Shown: positions 1-11,087 of the stretch, piece after piece
How positions within the stretch are numbered: the first letter of the stretch is position 1
How the letters are laid out: every line of letters begins with the position of its first letter
DNA from: Bdellovibrionota bacterium
GTDB lineage: Bacteria > Bdellovibrionota_C > UBA2361 > CAKMMH01
DNA length: 64,000 nt
Assembly (NCBI GenBank): GCA_050952645.1
Contig: JBMNLI010000010.1
Coordinates: 160,001 to 224,000 of the forward strand
Direction of reading: 5' to 3'
Program-made: the position numbers and the translations under genes
The notes under the pieces: model-generated
The model's database searches: none
What the model saw: the letters and a program-made list of their open reading frames with translations, nothing else
What the model was told of the DNA's origin: nothing

Positions 1-345
1 TAAAGCTTCGAGTATGCTCAGAAACACGAGGAACAGCCTTAGGATCACTAGGAGGACGACCAAAAACAATACTTTTACTAGTAAAATAAATATTAAAAGA
101 GCCAATACTCTCTAAATCTTTACTTTCAAAGCCACACCCTTTAATACAGAACCGCTTATTAAACGCATTAATAATAGCAGTGCATCGGTCTAATTTTCAC
201 CCCTGATAGGGACACGACACGCAAAAAGCAAACCCTGTCCTCTGTATATAGGCTCAGTCTGACGCAGGAGCACACAACTTGCTACGTTACTTCCTTCTTC
301 TTCTTCTTCTACCTTATACGGCATAACAATGCTCCAATCAGCCAT
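1..345 (-). pseudogene. Hypothetical gene running off the window start, apparently split by a 1-nt frameshift near 194-197
   Basis: ATG at 345 with purine-rich RBS (GAGGGAAAGG) gives MADWSIVMPYKVEEEEEG...GEN then TAG at 190-192. An overlapping frame (DRCTAIINAFNKRFCIKG...) stays open to base 1 with no start of its own. Confidence 0.4.
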
Positions 346-677
346 ACCTTTCCCTCATTGTTAGGCTTTCTTTATTAAACCTAAAAGACTTTTTGCCAAA
401 AATAACAACTAAAGACTAATATTATTTTTCTAAAACCCTTTACGCTAATTTCTATGCTTAAAATAGGAACGCCTTTCGCTCCTTAAAAAAATTTTAAGCA
501 AAACAACATTATATTTTACAATGATTTTAATCCCTAAAGTCAAGCATATCTTATACTATAAAATGTTAAAAGATATAAAAAAAGCCTTAGGCTTAATAAA
601 GTTTTGCTTTTTAAACTTTATTTTCAAGCATTACTCCTAGCATTACCATCTATTTAACTACTTACTTTACCATCTAT

Positions 678-1478
678 CTAACTATCCTTCTGATTATTTA
701 CTTGATTATTTAATAAACTAGCTTCTGATTTCTTAGCTTTTTTCTTATCTAAATATGAAATAACGGGACCACTTACGCAATATATCGCCGAGATAGCGAG
801 CAAAACTACCTTTGGATACCACCAAAGTAAACCTAAAAATATAGCTATTAAAATAATACTATTCATTTGAGAATGGTTAGGAAGCTTTAAAAGCTTTATA
901 CTTATAAATCTATAATTTGAAACCATCAAAAATGATACATAACACATAACTACCGAAACTACACAAGAAAGCGCAAACGATGGCTCAACTCCCGGCTTCC
1001 TAAAAGCAAAAATTAAAGACATCATAACTACCGCCGCAAAAGTAGTAGGAAGCCCCTCAAACGATTTTAAATTTTCTGCGGAACTATTAAACCTTGCAAG
1101 CCTACAAGCCGCACACACTACATATATAAATGAAATAAAAATTCCAAGCTCATCATAATACATAACCATCGCCCAATTATAACATAAAATTGCAGGTGCT
1201 AATCCAAAAGAAACTAAATCTGAAAGTGAATCAAACTCAAAACCAAACTTCGTGCATGCATCTAGTTTTCTTGCCGTTCGCCCATCTAACCCATCTAATA
1301 TTACGGCTAAAAAAACGTAAAATATAGCCTTTTTAAAATTTCCTCCATACGCATAGCAGATAGCTAGAAAACCACAAAACATATTTCCAACGGTTAAAAG
1401 ATTAGGAAGCAAAAATCTCCCCTTATACATCTTTTCCTTTAATCTCGCTCTCTTAGTAATTAAACGCTCTTTTGCCAT
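678..1478 (-). CDS. pssA: CDP-diacylglycerol--serine O-phosphatidyltransferase
   Basis: LPNLLT and DGLDGRTARKL...FGFEFDSLSDLVSFGLAP CDP-alcohol phosphatidyltransferase motif; RLARFN. Confidence 0.9.
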   Translation of the reverse strand: MAKERLITKRARLKEKMYKGRFLLPNLLTVGNMFCGFLAICYAYGGNFKKAIFYVFLAVILDGLDGRTARKLDACTKFGFEFDSLSDLVSFGLAPAILCYNWAMVMYYDELGIFISFIYVVCAACRLARFNSSAENLKSFEGLPTTFAAVVMMSLIFAFRKPGVEPSFALSCVVSVVMCYVSFLMVSNYRFISIKLLKLPNHSQMNSIILIAIFLGLLWWYPKVVLLAISAIYCVSGPVISYLDKKKAKKSEASLLNNQVNNQKDS

Positions 1479-1610
1479 ACACGAAACTCCTAAAATGCCA
1501 ATCGTAAAATTAAAACTTAAAGAATTATTATAACATATTAAATTATTTCTATGAATACATACTAAAATTAAAAATTAAAGATTTTCTCCCTTTAGAAATA
1601 CACTAAGAAC

Positions 1611-1695
1611 TATGAAAAAAAATAATATGAAAAAAAAATAATATGAAAAAAAAATAATATGAAAAAAAATAATATGAAAAAAAATAATATGAAAA
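1611..1695. repeat. Tandem repeat of ~15-16 bp (TATGAAAAAAA(A)ATAA), 5-6 copies
   Basis: Directly visible. Confidence 0.9.
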
Positions 1696-1748
1696 CGATA
1701 AATAAAAAACAATAATATAAAAAAGAATGCACAAAGCAAACTTTATAT

Positions 1749-2732
1749 TTAACTTGCTAAAATTTGATTATTTAATACGACGTAAAAAAACACTGAAACT
1801 AGCATGGCAATTATCGGAGTTAGCACCCAAGCTTTGCACATTGAATGAATCCTCTTATACTTAATTTCAGTCCCCCCTCTAACTAATCCAACGCCTAGAA
1901 GTGCTCCTACTATACTATGACTACTACTTACAGGAACTCCTATAATAGCAAAAATATGTAGCGTTATCGCAGAACTTAACACTGCTACTAAAGCTCCAAA
2001 ACCATCTATTTTTAACACCCCTTTTCCGACTACTAACATAATTTTTTTACTATACGTTATAACACCTAGTGATATCGCTACTCCTGCTAAAAAAGCTATT
2101 TCTTTATCTATAAGACCATAGCCGTAAAATACATCGATAGGTAAGACACCAACTATATTTGCTACATTGTTTGCCCCTAGTGTATACGAGGCATAGCAAC
2201 CTATTAAAATTAAAAAATATTTTACTATAATATCATAATCGAGTATGCCCACTTTTAATCTTTTAAAAATATTATGCATTACATAATAAACGGCAAACGA
2301 TGTTAAAACGGATATTACGGGAACTAAAATCCAGCATAATAAGATTTTTAAACAAGCATCAATATTAAAAGATTTATTTACGATAGACACTCCTAATATC
2401 GCTCCTACTACTACTTGCGATACGCTCACAGAAAACTTTAAAGAGTTTGCTACAAATATACAAAACGCACTAGCAAAAGTAATACTTAGAGCCATATTAT
2501 ATTCGTTTACTACACTCTTACTTTTTGCTAAAGCGCTATAAGTTTTAATTCCAGCTTCCCCTTGAAGATACGCACCTAAAATAATAAAGCAAGAACACAG
2601 CGACACTGCAAGCACGTAGCTTACTATCTTTTCAGAAACTGCTAGTCCAAAACAATTCGATGCATCGTTAGCCCCTAAATTCCAAGCTAAAAGCGTAGCT
2701 CCTAAAAGAATAAGAATTACTTGCACATCCAT
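1749..2732 (-). CDS. PiT-family inorganic phosphate transporter
   Basis: GANDASN and GANNVAN signatures, PVSSSH motif, multiple TM helices. Confidence 0.9.
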   Translation of the reverse strand: MDVQVILILLGATLLAWNLGANDASNCFGLAVSEKIVSYVLAVSLCSCFIILGAYLQGEAGIKTYSALAKSKSVVNEYNMALSITFASAFCIFVANSLKFSVSVSQVVVGAILGVSIVNKSFNIDACLKILLCWILVPVISVLTSFAVYYVMHNIFKRLKVGILDYDIIVKYFLILIGCYASYTLGANNVANIVGVLPIDVFYGYGLIDKEIAFLAGVAISLGVITYSKKIMLVVGKGVLKIDGFGALVAVLSSAITLHIFAIIGVPVSSSHSIVGALLGVGLVRGGTEIKYKRIHSMCKAWVLTPIIAMLVSVFFYVVLNNQILAS

Positions 2733-2736
2733 ATTT

Positions 2737-3381
2737 TTACAAACCTCTCTTTGCTACTATTACTCTTATTATATCCGAGGCGTCTTCCGCTTTATCACAA
2801 ATCCTAGATAAAATTCTTATCCATTCGCTTAATATTATTTTTTTATATGAATCTATATCACTCTTAAAGATTTTCTCGACTAAAAATATTTCCACATCAT
2901 CGGCATCACTTTCAATTTGAGAAATTTGCCCAATTAAAGGAAGGGCTAAATGATAATTTTTAAAAAGATGCGCCTCGGCATCGCATAATGTTTGAGTAAT
3001 ATTTACACCATAATTTACGATCGCCAAAATTGAACTAATACAAAAATCTGGGAAACTATTTATATTATGTGTTTTTAACATTAGCGCAACACTTTCCGCA
3101 TGGTTAGCAACTTTATCTGTCGCCTCGACTAGCCCAATTATATCTCCTCTAGATTCTGGAAATAAAGACTTGCCATAGAGAAGCACCTCGAGTTCGCCCC
3201 TTATCGTGTCTGCCTTAGCTTCTGAAATTCTAACTAAGCTTATCGTTTCATCAATATTAGCAGTAAGAGGGTCGATAACCGTTAATATAGCCCTCTTAAG
3301 TGCTACGACAGAATTTACTACCTCTAGCCTAAACTCTGCAAATAAATTTTCTATTTGTTTCTTTTTCTTATAATCAAACAT
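2737..3381 (-). CDS. DUF47 / PhoU-like phosphate transport regulator
   Basis: Two E..AD..R/E repeats, LFPESRGD and D.AED motifs; immediately upstream of PiT, the canonical pairing. Confidence 0.85.
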   Translation of the reverse strand: MFDYKKKKQIENLFAEFRLEVVNSVVALKRAILTVIDPLTANIDETISLVRISEAKADTIRGELEVLLYGKSLFPESRGDIIGLVEATDKVANHAESVALMLKTHNINSFPDFCISSILAIVNYGVNITQTLCDAEAHLFKNYHLALPLIGQISQIESDADDVEIFLVEKIFKSDIDSYKKIILSEWIRILSRICDKAEDASDIIRVIVAKRGL

Positions 3382-3384
3382 TTT

Positions 3385-3458
3385 TACCTTTTATTTACCT
3401 TTTATTTACTTTTTATTTACTCTTTATTTACTCTTTATTTACTCTTTATTTACTCTTT
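3385..3458. repeat. Tandem ~11-12 bp repeat (CTCTTTATTTA-like), about 6 copies
   Basis: Directly visible. Confidence 0.85.
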
Positions 3459-3704
3459 AACTTACCTTATATTTTATCTGTTAATTTTGCTTTATATTTT
3501 GCTTTATATTTTACCTTATATTTTACCTTTTAATTTTATAAAAATCATATAAAATAAACCTTATAGCGACGAGAATATACTATAATATATAGCATATTCC
3601 TGCGCTAGAACATACCCATTTTGCATGCAACTTTTATATTAAAAAATATATAAAATAACTATAAAATAAATAAAAAATAATAAAATCGCCTAGGCTTTTA
3701 AACT

Positions 3705-3734
3705 TTGACTTTACATATAAAAATATAGTATGAT
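3705..3734 (+). promoter_or_regulatory. Putative sigma70 promoter of the TetR gene
   Basis: TTGACT-18 bp-TATGAT, ending 21 bp before the ATG; AT-rich context lowers specificity. Confidence 0.45.
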
Positions 3735-3755
3735 AATAAATTGTGAGGCGCCATT

Positions 3756-4424
3756 ATGAATACTGCAAAAACAAATACAGCAAAAATAAATACAGCAAAT
3801 ATAAATACTGCTAAAATTTTTAAACACACCGAAGACTTATCGCTATGCAATGCTAGTTCAAAAGAAAGAGTTCTTGCTGCCGCTTTAAAATTATTTGTAG
3901 GTCAAGGTTATTTTAATACGAATATTCCAGACTTAAGCAAAGAGAGTAGATGTAGCGTAGGTTCAATTTATCATCACTTTAAGAATAAAGAAGAAATAGC
4001 AAAAGCACTTTATGATTTATGTATATCAATTTTTAGAAAAGAGCTAGAAAAATCGATCTCAGGTATAACGGACACCGAAGAGTTTATAAAAAAATTAGTT
4101 AAAGCATTTCTAAGATTTTCTGAAGTTAATGTTCAAACCTCTAAATATATCTGGCTTTGTCGTCATAGTGAATTTTTAGATGGGCTTATTATGAGACCTA
4201 CGACATTAGGCTTTGATAATTTTGGAAGAATGCTTACAAGAGTTTTAAAGCAAGGAATAAAAGAAAATAAGATACGTGCCTTAAATGCTAATATCATTTG
4301 GAGTATTATTTTTGGAATTCCTTTAGAATACGTAAGAGATTGGCTAGATGGCTACAACAAAATTGCTCCATCAAAAGTAGCAGATGAGATTGCAGATGCT
4401 TGTTGGCGAGCATTAAAAATATGA
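3756..4424 (+). CDS. TetR/AcrR-family transcriptional regulator
   Basis: LAAALKLF...GY..T.I..L......SVGSIYHHFKNKEEI HTH. Confidence 0.92.
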   Translation: MNTAKTNTAKINTANINTAKIFKHTEDLSLCNASSKERVLAAALKLFVGQGYFNTNIPDLSKESRCSVGSIYHHFKNKEEIAKALYDLCISIFRKELEKSISGITDTEEFIKKLVKAFLRFSEVNVQTSKYIWLCRHSEFLDGLIMRPTTLGFDNFGRMLTRVLKQGIKENKIRALNANIIWSIIFGIPLEYVRDWLDGYNKIAPSKVADEIADACWRALKI

Positions 4425-4478
4425 ATTATAAAAAAAAAGGTTTTAAAACGATAATTAAAAAATAACAAGAATATCATA

Positions 4479-5987
4479 ATGGACAATATTTACACACTTA
4501 GCGTTTTCTTTATAGTATTTAGTATTTTACTAATTTTCTTTACTATATCTAATTGGACTTTAAGTAGGACTAAAAGCACTAAACTAAAAAATCTAGAAGA
4601 AGAGTTAAAAAAAACATCTTCCCTTAAATTTACGAAACACTTAATAAAAAACCGCGATAAAAACATATACTCTACCTACATCTACATTATAATTATAAGC
4701 TTTTGTCTTGGCGTTTGTTTATATAAAATACTAAACCTTACATCGCAATATTTTTTAAAAGATTCACTAAACCCCTTATTTTTAAACTTTAAATTAGCAC
4801 TTATCTTTCCTATAACTTCAATTATATTTTTAAGCGTGATGATTTTTATAATCGATTTATTAAAAGGCATATCTTCCTTTAATGCTGAAAAAACATTAAC
4901 TATTATATCACCAGTATTATACATATTTTGCAAGCTTCTCGCCCCTATTCCAGTAGTTATAATAAATATAAATAATAAAATTTTGCAAAGTTTGGGCAAA
5001 GCAACCACAAAAAGATCTCCTACTAGCATGCTTTCGCAAAAAGAGATTGAAGCTCTTTTAGAAGAAAGCACACAAAATGGTCTAATAGAAGACGAAGAAA
5101 AAGAACTTATAAAGGGCGTTATAAATTTCTCAGACACTACCGTAAGAGAAATAATGATTCCACGCCATAAAATTGCAGCGGTAGAAATTGATGATGAAAT
5201 CTTAGAAGTGTCAAAAATATTTTCAAGTGAAGGATTTAGTAGGTTAGTAGTCTATGCAAAAGAGCTAGACGATGTAAAAGGTATGGTTTTAGCAAAGGAC
5301 GTTTTAACTTACACATCAAATGAAAACCATGATATAGAAGCTTTAAAAAAACCTATAAAAACTCTTATGAGGCAAGCATATTTCGTAAGAGAAAACAAAC
5401 AAATAGATTCTCTTTTGCAAGAATTTAGAAAACAAGGAATCCATTTAGCGGTAGTTTTAGATGAACACGGTGGCGTTGAGGGCATTATTACTATCGAAGA
5501 TTTATTAGAAGAAATAGTTGGGGATATCATGGATGAGCACGACGTGCTTGAACAAAAGCAAAGCGAGCCAGACGTAATCGAAAGCAAAGAGGGAGTTATT
5601 ATCGTTTCAGGAGCACTGTCTATACATGATTTTAACGAACACCATAAACCAACGCTTCCAGAGGGAGAATATGAATCTATAGCAGGTTTTATGCTAAAAA
5701 TGTTTTCTAAAATGCCTCAAAATGGAGAAAATTTTGAGTATAATAACCATTTATTTATAGCGGCTAAAGTCGATAAATATAAAATAGATAAAATTAAAAT
5801 AGTAGCACTTCCAAAGCTAGAACTAGAAAATAAAGAAAAACTAGAAGATAAAAAAGAGCAAGAACAAGATAAAGATACAGAAAAAGATAAAAATAAAGAG
5901 CAAGAACAAGCCAAAAAAGAGCAAGAAAAAGAACAAGAACGTAAAGAAAAAGAACAAGAACAAGAAGATAAAAAACAGGGAAAATAA
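4479..5987 (+). CDS. HlyC/CorC-family (CNNM-CBS-CBS-CorC) transporter-associated protein with acidic/basic tail
   Basis: N-terminal TM region, VREIMIPR, FSRL, VLDEHGGVEGIITIEDLLEEIVG. Confidence 0.9.
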   Translation: MDNIYTLSVFFIVFSILLIFFTISNWTLSRTKSTKLKNLEEELKKTSSLKFTKHLIKNRDKNIYSTYIYIIIISFCLGVCLYKILNLTSQYFLKDSLNPLFLNFKLALIFPITSIIFLSVMIFIIDLLKGISSFNAEKTLTIISPVLYIFCKLLAPIPVVIININNKILQSLGKATTKRSPTSMLSQKEIEALLEESTQNGLIEDEEKELIKGVINFSDTTVREIMIPRHKIAAVEIDDEILEVSKIFSSEGFSRLVVYAKELDDVKGMVLAKDVLTYTSNENHDIEALKKPIKTLMRQAYFVRENKQIDSLLQEFRKQGIHLAVVLDEHGGVEGIITIEDLLEEIVGDIMDEHDVLEQKQSEPDVIESKEGVIIVSGALSIHDFNEHHKPTLPEGEYESIAGFMLKMFSKMPQNGENFEYNNHLFIAAKVDKYKIDKIKIVALPKLELENKEKLEDKKEQEQDKDTEKDKNKEQEQAKKEQEKEQERKEKEQEQEDKKQGK

Positions 5988-5999
5988 GAATAAAAAATA

Positions 6000-6078
6000 G
6001 GCTCTTCACGTTTTAAGGTAGGTTTTAGACCTTAAAATTAGTATCACTCACCTCGACGAAGCACAAAAGAAAATTGAC
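6000..6078 (-). mobile_element. Partial copy (one end plus internal segment) of the TIR-bounded MITE-like element
   Basis: GGCTCTTCACGTTTTAAGGTAGGTTTTAGACCTTAA is the reverse complement of the right end of the 39.8-40.5 kb copies, and internal homology continues to ~6078. Confidence 0.8.
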
Positions 6079-6311
6079 TTTAAAGAAATTTTAGAACTAA
6101 AAATTTTTAAACTAAAAAAGTAGCGACAAAAAACTTTTTAAAAACTTATTAAAAATCTTTTAGTTAGCCGCCTTGTAAGCCATTATTAAAACAAAAACTG
6201 AAACCTTTTAAATAAAAACTCATCTTATTTTTACAGAAGTTCTTATCATCTCTAAGGATTTCTTTTACGATTTTAATCTAAAGGTTCTTTTTATAATAGA
6301 GGCGTAAAATT

Positions 6312-7151
6312 ATGGCAAAAGAAAAATTAAGTAAAAAAATAGAAAAAATTTCAACCGACAGTAAGCAAGGAAAATCAAAACAAGCAAAATCTTCATTAAA
6401 AATAAGCAAATCTGTAGTGCCTAATAAGGTTGAGGTTTCAAATAAGAAAAGCTATAAGAAGAGTTATAAGATAGATCTGCGCATACTTCCCCCTACAAAC
6501 CTAGGGCCCTTTGCGATATCTGGGCTTGCGGTTGCGCCAGCTATTATAAAATTGTGTAAAGTAAAGAAGATCGATGTTATAGGTATTATAGATAATTTCC
6601 AAGGTGATTTTTTAGATAGGCTTCAAAAACTAAGCTTCGACTATCCACTTACGATTTTGCCAGCTATCGATTTACAAATAAAAGTGGATAAGTATGAGGA
6701 TATAATTTTAACTTGTTTTTTTGAAAGTTCTGAAACATCATCGACCATTAAGGATTTTTTAAATTTATTAGAAGTGCCATCGTCTTGCTATGGGAAAGAG
6801 GCTTACCCAGTTAAATTGCCATTAGATATTATATTAGAACATTTAGAAGCGTTTGATGGGTTTGCTATTCCAAGTAGGGTAGACAAAACTCCTAATAGAA
6901 AATGCGCCATTCCTATTTTAGTAGAAAAATATGGTTTTAGGACGTTTGAGGTAGTGTATCAAGACGACACGAAAGCGTTATTTAAAAAACTATGGCCTAA
7001 AGAGCACTTTAATATCTTTAGTTTCTCAAATGCAAATGCGTTAGCTCAAGTTGGGAACAGAGCCGAAAAGATTAAACTAGCTGAACTAAATTTTTCAGGC
7101 ATCAAAAACTTTATGATGAGAAGCGATGCTATATCTTTTGATATAAACTAA
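6312..7151 (+). CDS. PHP-domain-like protein lacking the metal-binding histidines
   Basis: DLRILPP / IGIIDNF / ILPAIDL / IPSRVDK align with PHP DLHxHT / AITDHN / PGxE / IPAH motifs. Confidence 0.6.
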   Translation: MAKEKLSKKIEKISTDSKQGKSKQAKSSLKISKSVVPNKVEVSNKKSYKKSYKIDLRILPPTNLGPFAISGLAVAPAIIKLCKVKKIDVIGIIDNFQGDFLDRLQKLSFDYPLTILPAIDLQIKVDKYEDIILTCFFESSETSSTIKDFLNLLEVPSSCYGKEAYPVKLPLDIILEHLEAFDGFAIPSRVDKTPNRKCAIPILVEKYGFRTFEVVYQDDTKALFKKLWPKEHFNIFSFSNANALAQVGNRAEKIKLAELNFSGIKNFMMRSDAISFDIN

Positions 7152-7162
7152 ACAAATTATTT

Positions 7163-7244
7163 AGTTCTTTAATACGCTTTAAGTGAACCGATTAAGACGG
7201 CAAAAAATCTATTTAACTAGAATAGCTTAAAACGTGAAAGAGCC
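7163..7244. mobile_element. Degenerate short copy of the MITE-like element
   Basis: AGTTCTTTAATACGCTTTAAG ... CTTAAAACGTGAAAGAGCC ends, between convergent genes. Confidence 0.65.
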
Positions 7245-7264
7245 GTTTTTTAATATATAACGCC

Positions 7265-10200
7265 TTAAACAAAATCAACATTTACGCTTGCAAAGTTTTG
7301 TTCTAATTCATCGCTAAAATCGTCAGTTGCCGATACGTTTATATTATTACTAGAGATGTCTTTTAATTGTAATAAAACCCTTTCATCATCTAAATTAAGC
7401 ATTATCTTTAATGGACAATTCCCCTCGTTTTTTCTTACTATCTCTTTAAAATCCTTTTTCTTACTCCTAAACTCTTCTAAATCATCGATAGTAATAATAA
7501 CTGAGCTAGCTTTGCCCCTTCTAACCTCAGATAACACCTTTGCCTCACTAGCTATAAATGTAGTCCTATTTTCCGTTATATCAAGCTTCCCTGATACCAA
7601 TAAAGGCTCTTCCCTTTCTAAAGATTCTCCAATCTTTCTATAAGCATCAGGCCAAACAAAAGTTTCTATCGAACCCGTGTCATCTTCTAATAAAAAATTA
7701 GCATACCTCTCCCCTTTCCTAGTGTTTTTTAATTTAAGAAACGTTACGACACCCGCAAGAGAAATGGAATTTACATTTTTAGGAGGCTTCTCTTTTGCTA
7801 CATTTATACTTATTACATTCAACTTTTTTAACAACATTTTATACTTATAAAGTGGATGCCCAGAAATATAAAAACCTAATGCTTCCTTTTCTAAAGATAA
7901 CAACACATTACTTGAAAACTCTAGCATATTACTTCTTTTTCTCTCTATGGTATAAGAGCCTTCACAAAAATCAAAAAGAGAAACCTGCTCAGCATCTTTT
8001 TCTTTTTGAATAGCAGAAGCTTGCTTTAAAACGAAATCTAAAATCATAAGATTCTCATTTTTACTAACCCCTGAAAAATCGAATGCTCCAGATTTTATTA
8101 AATTCTCTAATACTCTCTTATTTAAAGCACTAACTGGAACCCTTAAAACTAAATCCTCTAAATCTTTATACTCACCACACTTTTCTCTCTCTTCAATAAT
8201 AGCTAAAACGGCTTTTTCACCTACCGCCTTTATCGCGGAAAGCCCGAACCTAATCTTTCCTGCATTGACAGAAAAATTCGCATAACTCTTATTCACATCG
8301 GGAGGTAAAATCTTTATCCCATGCTTTTTACACTCATTAAAATTCTTCAAAACCTTGTCCGTATCATCCGCCTCATGGCTCATCACAGCAGCCATAAACT
8401 CTACTAAATAATGCGCCTTTAAATACGCCGTCTGATACGTAATTAAAGCGTAAGCCGCCGAATGGCTCTTATTAAAACCATACCTAGCAAATGTTTCCAT
8501 TTGTGAAAATACAGTTTCAGCTACTTTTTTACTAATATTGTTAGAAACACAACCTTTTATAAAGGCAGGCTTCTGCTCTGCCATTTCTTCTGCTATCTTT
8601 TTACCCATCGCACGCCTTAAAAGATCTGCTTCGCTTAGAGTAAAATTAGCTAGCGTTCTTGCGATTTGCATTATTTGCTCTTGGTAAATCATAATGCCAT
8701 AAGTATCTTTTAAAATATCCGCAAGCAAAGGATGCTCATACTCTACCTTTTCTCTTCCATGCTTTCTTTCTATATACCTATCTACCATTCCAGCATCTAA
8801 GGGACCGGGGCGATAAAGCGCATTTAACGCCACTAAATCCTCAAACCTAGTAGGCGCAATTCTAACCGTAATATCTGTAATCCCTGAAGATTCTAATTGA
8901 AACACACCTACTGTATCTCCAGCTCTTAAAAGTTCAAAAACTTTCTCATCATCTAGCGGTATATGTGAAAGGTCAACGGTCTCCCCTCTTGAGCCCTTTA
9001 TAATATCTAAAGCCGTTTTTATAACCGTTAAAGTTTTTAAACCTAAAAAGTCAAACTTTACTAAACCTACTTTCTCTACATACTTCATCGAGTATTGCGT
9101 AACGTCGTGCCCGAACTTATCGATCATTAGTGGCACTATATCACTTAACGGTCTATCTGCGATTATAACACCTGCCGCATGCGTCGAAGCGTGACGCGTC
9201 AACCCCTCTAGCTTCATCGCATGTCGCATCAGTTCTTGCCCGTCATTTTCAGCATACTCTTTTAGTTTAGGCTCTAATTCTAACGCTCTTTTAATATCAA
9301 CCTCGGCTCCTTGCCTTTGATTTGGAATAAGACTTGCTACTCTATCGGTTTCTTGGTAGCTTACTCCTAAAACTCTACCCACATCTTTTATAGCATTTTT
9401 AGCTTTTAACGTTCCAAATGTCGCTATTTGTGCTACGTTATCTTTACCATATTTATTAGACACATACTCTAAAACTTTCTCACGCCCTTGAACGCAAAAA
9501 TCCACATCTATATCTGGAAGCGTTATGCGGTCGGGATTTAAAAATCTTTCAAAAAGCAAATCATGCCTTATAGGATCTATATCAGTTATTTGCATAGCAT
9601 ACGCAACTAAAGACCCTGCGCAGCTTCCACGCCCTGGCCCTACGGGAACTCCATTTTGTTTTGACCATACAATAAAATCTGAAACTACTAAAAAATACCC
9701 TGCAAACCCCATGCTATCTATTAGCGATATTTCTCTTTCTAGCCTATCTATATAAACTTTTTCTAACTCTTTAGTGTAATCCTTACTCTTACTTATAATT
9801 TCTAATCTCGCCTTTAAGCCATTTCTAGCTTGCTCAGACATTATCTCTATAAAAGGACGATTTTTTAATTCAGGATCATCACTCTTATACACAGGCATAT
9901 AGTGAATAGAAAAATTAAATTTCGTTTCACACATATCTGCAATTTTTACAGTATTTGCCATCGCCTCTTTTATAGGATAATCCTTAAAATCTTCTAGAAT
10001 TTCTTTAGTGCTTCTTAAATGAAGATCAAACCCTTCAAATGACATTCTGTTTTCATCTGAAAGCTGTTTTTGTGTCGCTATGCACATTAAAATTTCTTGA
10101 GACATACTATCTTCTTTTTCTAAATAGTGGGCATCACAAGTAGGAATAATCGGGATATTATATTCTTTTGAAAGTTCAAATATTCGTTTATTTGTCTCTT

Positions 10201-10771
10201 GTTGCTCTCGATTTTGATGAGGCTGAATCTCTAGGTAAAATCTATCTTTAAAAGTCGTGTTATAAAAGTCTAGCGTGTTTTTAAGTTCTTGCTCTTTGCC
10301 GGCCCTGATAAGAAAGGGAATCTCTCCTTGCAAACAAGCACTACTAATAATAAGCCCTTCGTTATATTTTGATAAAAGTTCCCAATCGACTCTCGGTTTA
10401 AAATAAAAACCCTCTTTATAAGATAAACTAGTAAGCTTACATAAATTTCTATACCCAGCATCATCCATCGCAAGAGCGATTATATGAAACGTTCCACCGC
10501 CACCATTTGCTAAAGTTTTTCTTTCAAACCTATCTTTTGGGGCTACATAAAGCTCACAACCTATAATAGGTTTAACATTAAAATCTTTTGCAGTTATATA
10601 AAACTCTACCGCTCCATGCATATTCCCATGGTCTGTCATAGCGACAGCTTTTTGATTAAAACTTTCCGCTTTTCTTAATAAATCATCTAGTTTTATAGCG
10701 CCATCTAGCAAACTATAATGAGTGTGAACGTGTAAATGAACAAAATTTATATCTTCTTGCACAAAAAACAT
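7265..10771 (-). CDS. dnaE: DNA polymerase III alpha subunit
   Basis: FVHLHVHTHYSLLDG PHP, GPGRGS, PDIDVDF, KFDFLGL, YGFNKSH, C-terminal OB fold. Confidence 0.98.
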   Translation of the reverse strand: MFFVQEDINFVHLHVHTHYSLLDGAIKLDDLLRKAESFNQKAVAMTDHGNMHGAVEFYITAKDFNVKPIIGCELYVAPKDRFERKTLANGGGGTFHIIALAMDDAGYRNLCKLTSLSYKEGFYFKPRVDWELLSKYNEGLIISSACLQGEIPFLIRAGKEQELKNTLDFYNTTFKDRFYLEIQPHQNREQQETNKRIFELSKEYNIPIIPTCDAHYLEKEDSMSQEILMCIATQKQLSDENRMSFEGFDLHLRSTKEILEDFKDYPIKEAMANTVKIADMCETKFNFSIHYMPVYKSDDPELKNRPFIEIMSEQARNGLKARLEIISKSKDYTKELEKVYIDRLEREISLIDSMGFAGYFLVVSDFIVWSKQNGVPVGPGRGSCAGSLVAYAMQITDIDPIRHDLLFERFLNPDRITLPDIDVDFCVQGREKVLEYVSNKYGKDNVAQIATFGTLKAKNAIKDVGRVLGVSYQETDRVASLIPNQRQGAEVDIKRALELEPKLKEYAENDGQELMRHAMKLEGLTRHASTHAAGVIIADRPLSDIVPLMIDKFGHDVTQYSMKYVEKVGLVKFDFLGLKTLTVIKTALDIIKGSRGETVDLSHIPLDDEKVFELLRAGDTVGVFQLESSGITDITVRIAPTRFEDLVALNALYRPGPLDAGMVDRYIERKHGREKVEYEHPLLADILKDTYGIMIYQEQIMQIARTLANFTLSEADLLRRAMGKKIAEEMAEQKPAFIKGCVSNNISKKVAETVFSQMETFARYGFNKSHSAAYALITYQTAYLKAHYLVEFMAAVMSHEADDTDKVLKNFNECKKHGIKILPPDVNKSYANFSVNAGKIRFGLSAIKAVGEKAVLAIIEEREKCGEYKDLEDLVLRVPVSALNKRVLENLIKSGAFDFSGVSKNENLMILDFVLKQASAIQKEKDAEQVSLFDFCEGSYTIERKRSNMLEFSSNVLLSLEKEALGFYISGHPLYKYKMLLKKLNVISINVAKEKPPKNVNSISLAGVVTFLKLKNTRKGERYANFLLEDDTGSIETFVWPDAYRKIGESLEREEPLLVSGKLDITENRTTFIASEAKVLSEVRRGKASSVIITIDDLEEFRSKKKDFKEIVRKNEGNCPLKIMLNLDDERVLLQLKDISSNNINVSATDDFSDELEQNFASVNVDFV

Positions 10772-11087
10772 CCTTTAATAAAACAAACTCTAATATAACT
10801 CTAATATAAAAGGATAAACTAGAATAAGTTTAACCGCAACAATGTAAGAAAAAGAAAATAAAGATATTTTTTAAAAAAAAGTTTCTTTTAATAACTACTT
10901 TAAATTAAAGATAATTTTACTCGAAAAAATAAATTTTACGCTAAGCTTTATATACAAAACTTTTACAAAAAATTACAAAAATTAAAGCAACGATTCTAAA
11001 AAAATATCATTTTACTTATATACATAAAAAAACATACTAAAAAAATATTCAAAAAAAAAAATACAAAAAAATAGGAGAATAGTTAAT

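Noticed and set aside
3355..3552. 65-aa hydrophobic ORF
   Set aside because: Translation of a simple T-rich tandem repeat; no RBS.
7265..10771. Intein or split in DnaE
   Set aside because: Length and motif order are normal; no insertion seen.
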